Of a stretch of 64,000 bases of DNA, positions 61,687 through 64,000 are shown one piece after another. The DNA is from Verrucomicrobia bacterium UBA1200 (lineage in GTDB: Bacteria > Verrucomicrobiota > Kiritimatiellia > RFP12 > UBA1067). How positions within the stretch are numbered: the first letter of the stretch is position 1; every line of letters begins with the position of its first letter. The notes under the pieces were generated by a model, which ran no database searches, was not told where the DNA came from, and was given only the letters and a program-made list of their open reading frames with translations. Where the stretch lies: NCBI GenBank assembly GCA_002309765.1, contig DBXY01000052.1, positions 84,210 to 148,209 on the forward strand, in the 5' to 3' direction. The position numbers were made by a program, and so were the translations under genes.

Positions 61687-64000
61687 ATGAAGAATGCTAA
61701 AATGACGAGGATTGGCCACACATTTTTTAAACGCGTCACACGCTCGCATGGCGTGTGGAAGGGTTTGTCGATTGCCACCGCCTTCATCTTTATGCGGTTC
61801 AGCGTTTTTGCGATGAATGAGACGGTCAGCGAGGATCTGGTGCTGACCAACGACTGGGCGGTGGACGGCACCCTAACGGTGGAGGAAGGCGTGACGGTCG
61901 ATCTGAACGGCCATACGCTCACGGTGCGGGGCATAGCCGGGGACGGCGCGATCGTCTGCACGAGCGGCGACACCGGCATCCTTTGCATCGATTCCGACTC
62001 CAACCTGACCAACGACTCGGTGGGGTTGTTCGGAAACCTTCAGCTGGTAAAAACCGGAAGCGGGACCTTCACGGCGGCAAGGAAGTACCAGGGTTATACC
62101 GGCGGGACGAAAATCGACGGTGGCGTATTCAAGTACAATTCCGCCGGTTCGCTCGGACAGGCCGGCAGCGCGAATCTCGTTAAGAACGGGGATTTCGAAA
62201 GCGCGTCTATCTCGGGCAAATACGCATACACGACCGGCGCCGAGTGGTCGGCAAACCCATACTGGACCTGCGACGGTGTGAACGCCGGGCTTGACAAAGG
62301 CAAGAACTCGAACACCATGTTTGAGAGTGGTATCGATGTCGGGACATACGCCGCCTATCTGCGAACCGGGAATAACGGAACAACTGATTTCGGGGACGGA
62401 TGGTTCGAGCAAACGATAACCTGTTTCATACCGGGAATCTACCGGCTGGGTTTTGTGAGCATCCCACCGAGCTTGTCCGCGCGCAGGGGCGCATCCGTCA
62501 CCGTTACTCTGACAGACACTGTCAGTAACGCCGGGATTTTCACCTTTACCTATTCGGCCGGCTACACCGCCAAAACCGCGATCGATGTGCCAATGATAAC
62601 GATAGCCAAAGCCGGAACCTATGCCCTGCGTTTCTCCCAGAAGGGCAGCGACAAAATTCAGGTAACCGGATTCGATGACATCGTCTTGGAACAGGTGTCT
62701 GACCGCAACCTGATCCGGAACGGGACGTTTGACGAGGCGGATGTCGGATCGCCGGGAAGCACCGTATGGGCCACGTCACCGGAATGGACGGCAAACCCAT
62801 ACTGGACGGCGTCCGGAGGCGATGACAGCTCTTACGCCGGTCTTATACCCAACGGTGCCGGCGGATACATCGCCCCATCGACGCCGGTTGGCAAATACGC
62901 GGCAGTTCTGAGAACCACTGCAAATGGCAGCGAAGTGTATATCCGCCAGGCGTTCAGCGTCGCCAAGCCGGGGATCTATCAGTTGCGATTCTCGTATATC
63001 GCCTGCTACCTCTATTCCAATACCAGAGGATCGACGGTGACGGCGAACATCCTCCACGGGGATGAGGTGATAACCGTCGGGGCTGTCGTGGCGTCGGATA
63101 CGGGCCGGACGGGTTTCGAGACCACTCTGGTCCTACCCGAAGCGGGGGATTACATTTTGGAATTCCGCCAAACTCCCGGCAACGGCACCCGAATCACGAT
63201 GCTCGACGACGTTATACTCCTCCCCATGGTGGATGTGACGGTTAACGAGAGCGGAACGATTGATTTTAACTGTAAGTCGAAACATGCGGACTGCCAGTTT
63301 ATCCTGGCCGGCGGGATGCTGTATAATCCGGGACCGACCGTTCTGAAGTATCTGTTTTTGACGGCGGACTCGACTATGAGTGTCATCAACCATTCGGGAA
63401 TGGGGGCTGACGAAGGCGGCGCAATTATTGATCTGGGCGGGCACAACCTTTCGATAGGGATCCCCTCGGGAATATTCCACCGTCTTTTTAAAACCGCAAT
63501 CCTCAACGGAACCATCACCACTTCCGGAGCCGGAACATTGTACCTCGGTGTTGACGGCGGATATGTGGCGGCGACGAATCTCGACCTCCATGCCAGTTGC
63601 GCGCTAAACATCATTAACGACGTCTCCTTGCGCGATTATAAGACAACCTACACGGGTAACTCCAACTCGGGGACGGCGGAAATGACGGTGAGCGGCACAT
63701 TTACGCCACAAACCGATTGCTTCTACGGCTGTACCCTTCAGGACGGGGTCACGATTGACTTTTCGGAGCGGGAAACCACGCTGAGTGTCGTCTCGTCGTT
63801 CACCTCCGGAAGCAACACGTTGTCATTTGCGCCGTACGCGACAATCATGGTCGATCTGGCCGGAAACGGATCCCGTTTTCTGGCCAGCGCCGGAAACCCC
63901 TATCTTATCAAATGGGATACTGAACCAGCGGACGTAACTTTTGTTTTGGATGAAGCGACGAGGAATAACCACTTCATCATCAAACCGGATCAAACCGGAT
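61687..64000 (+). CDS. giant secreted beta-helical repeat protein with two tandem DUF642-like carbohydrate-binding modules (5' part of at least 771 codons; continues past the window end)
   Basis: Absent from the ORF track (no stop in the window). Hand translation from the ATG at 61687 (AAAGGAG RBS) gives MKNAKMTRIGHTFFKRVTRSHGVWKGLSIATAFIFMRFSVFA... and runs without a stop to position 64000. The N-terminal framework (HTLTVRGIAGD...GNLQLVKTGSGTFTAARKYQGYTGGTKIDGGVF) is paralogous to the 22600-22960 region of the gene at 19736. Two internal repeats: NLVKNGDFESA...ANPYWT...GTYAAYLRT...PGIYRLGF and NLIRNGTFDEA...ANPYWT...GKYAAVLRT...PGIYQLRF. Confidence 0.7.
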   Translation, partial: MKNAKMTRIGHTFFKRVTRSHGVWKGLSIATAFIFMRFSVFAMNETVSEDLVLTNDWAVDGTLTVEEGVTVDLNGHTLTVRGIAGDGAIVCTSGDTGILCIDSDSNLTNDSVGLFGNLQLVKTGSGTFTAARKYQGYTGGTKIDGGVFKYNSAGSLGQAGSANLVKNGDFESASISGKYAYTTGAEWSANPYWTCDGVNAGLDKGKNSNTMFESGIDVGTYAAYLRTGNNGTTDFGDGWFEQTITCFIPGIYRLGFVSIPPSLSARRGASVTVTLTDTVSNAGIFTFTYSAGYTAKTAIDVPMITIAKAGTYALRFSQKGSDKIQVTGFDDIVLEQVSDRNLIRNGTFDEADVGSPGSTVWATSPEWTANPYWTASGGDDSSYAGLIPNGAGGYIAPSTPVGKYAAVLRTTANGSEVYIRQAFSVAKPGIYQLRFSYIACYLYSNTRGSTVTANILHGDEVITVGAVVASDTGRTGFETTLVLPEAGDYILEFRQTPGNGTRITMLDDVILLPMVDVTVNESGTIDFNCKSKHADCQFILAGGMLYNPGPTVLKYLFLTADSTMSVINHSGMGADEGGAIIDLGGHNLSIGIPSGIFHRLFKTAILNGTITTSGAGTLYLGVDGGYVAATNLDLHASCALNIINDVSLRDYKTTYTGNSNSGTAEMTVSGTFTPQTDCFYGCTLQDGVTIDFSERETTLSVVSSFTSGSNTLSFAPYATIMVDLAGNGSRFLASAGNPYLIKWDTEPADVTFVLDEATRNNHFIIKPDQTG

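Noticed and set aside
61687-64000. Possible diversity-generating retroelement (template/variable repeat) suggested by the duplicated ANPYWT-containing modules and the giant-protein paralogy
   Set aside because: Identity between the modules is at the protein-motif level; the longest identical DNA stretch is about 17 nt. There is no reverse transcriptase gene, and no adenine-specific mismatch pattern is visible.
1-64000. tRNA, rRNA, integrase or transposase genes
   Set aside because: No cloverleaf-like sequences were seen in the intergenic gaps, which are all short except 9013-9814 and 58992-59371. No ORF carries integrase or transposase motifs.

Overview
The window is about 64 kb of high-GC (roughly 60%) chromosomal DNA. 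The gene content suggests a polysaccharide-degrading bacterium, possibly from the Planctomycetes-Verrucomicrobia-Chlamydiae (PVC) superphylum, Lentisphaerae- or Verrucomicrobia-like; that placement is inference from gene content only. I found no rRNA, tRNA, CRISPR array, integrase or transposase.

Coding density is high and many genes overlap by 1-17 nt. Three kinds of gene are interleaved:
- Housekeeping genes: trmO/tsaA, miaB, an RlmD/RumA-type rRNA m5U methyltransferase, a TrmJ-like SpoU methyltransferase, yicC, glnS, tyrS, prmC, nfo, a PlsC-like acyltransferase, an RluA-family pseudouridine synthase and a THUMP-domain RNA methyltransferase.
- Carbohydrate-active enzymes: a GH106-like glycosidase, a GH43-like beta-propeller, GH20, GH2, GH127, a DUF5107-TPR protein, a GT4 glycosyltransferase, a GDPD lipoprotein and an M42 peptidase.
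- A family of paralogous giant secreted beta-helical repeat proteins (1376, 1595 and 1646 aa, plus one of at least 771 aa running off the window end, plus a decayed C-terminal fragment). They share N- and C-terminal framework regions and an identical style of extreme C-terminus, but carry different inserted modules: an NPP-type phosphodiesterase, LamG, PA14, DUF2341 and DUF642-like domains.

Other loci worth a second look:
- A four-gene cluster: a xylose-isomerase-like TIM barrel, a TAT-exported Gfo/Idh/MocA oxidoreductase, and two tandem paralogs that share a novel N-terminal domain fused to a PmoA-like domain or to a ThuA domain. It may be a periplasmic glycoside 3-oxidation pathway.
- A DRTGG / CBS-GHKL-ATPase / YicC / TrmJ-like operon.
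- A LysM-YkuD-like protein with the catalytic Cys replaced by Phe.
- A TyrRS with a degenerate HIGH motif.
- A His/Pro-rich YXWGXW-repeat small secreted protein.
- A 700-bp decayed lower-GC remnant carrying a canonical sigma70-like promoter.
- CTAG-containing short tandem repeat arrays between the GH127 and GH2 genes.

Most long ORFs in the track that lie opposite these genes are high-GC frame shadows.

Coordinates I indexed by hand (repeats, hairpins, motifs) may be off by 1-2 nt. CDS coordinates are anchored to the supplied ORF track.
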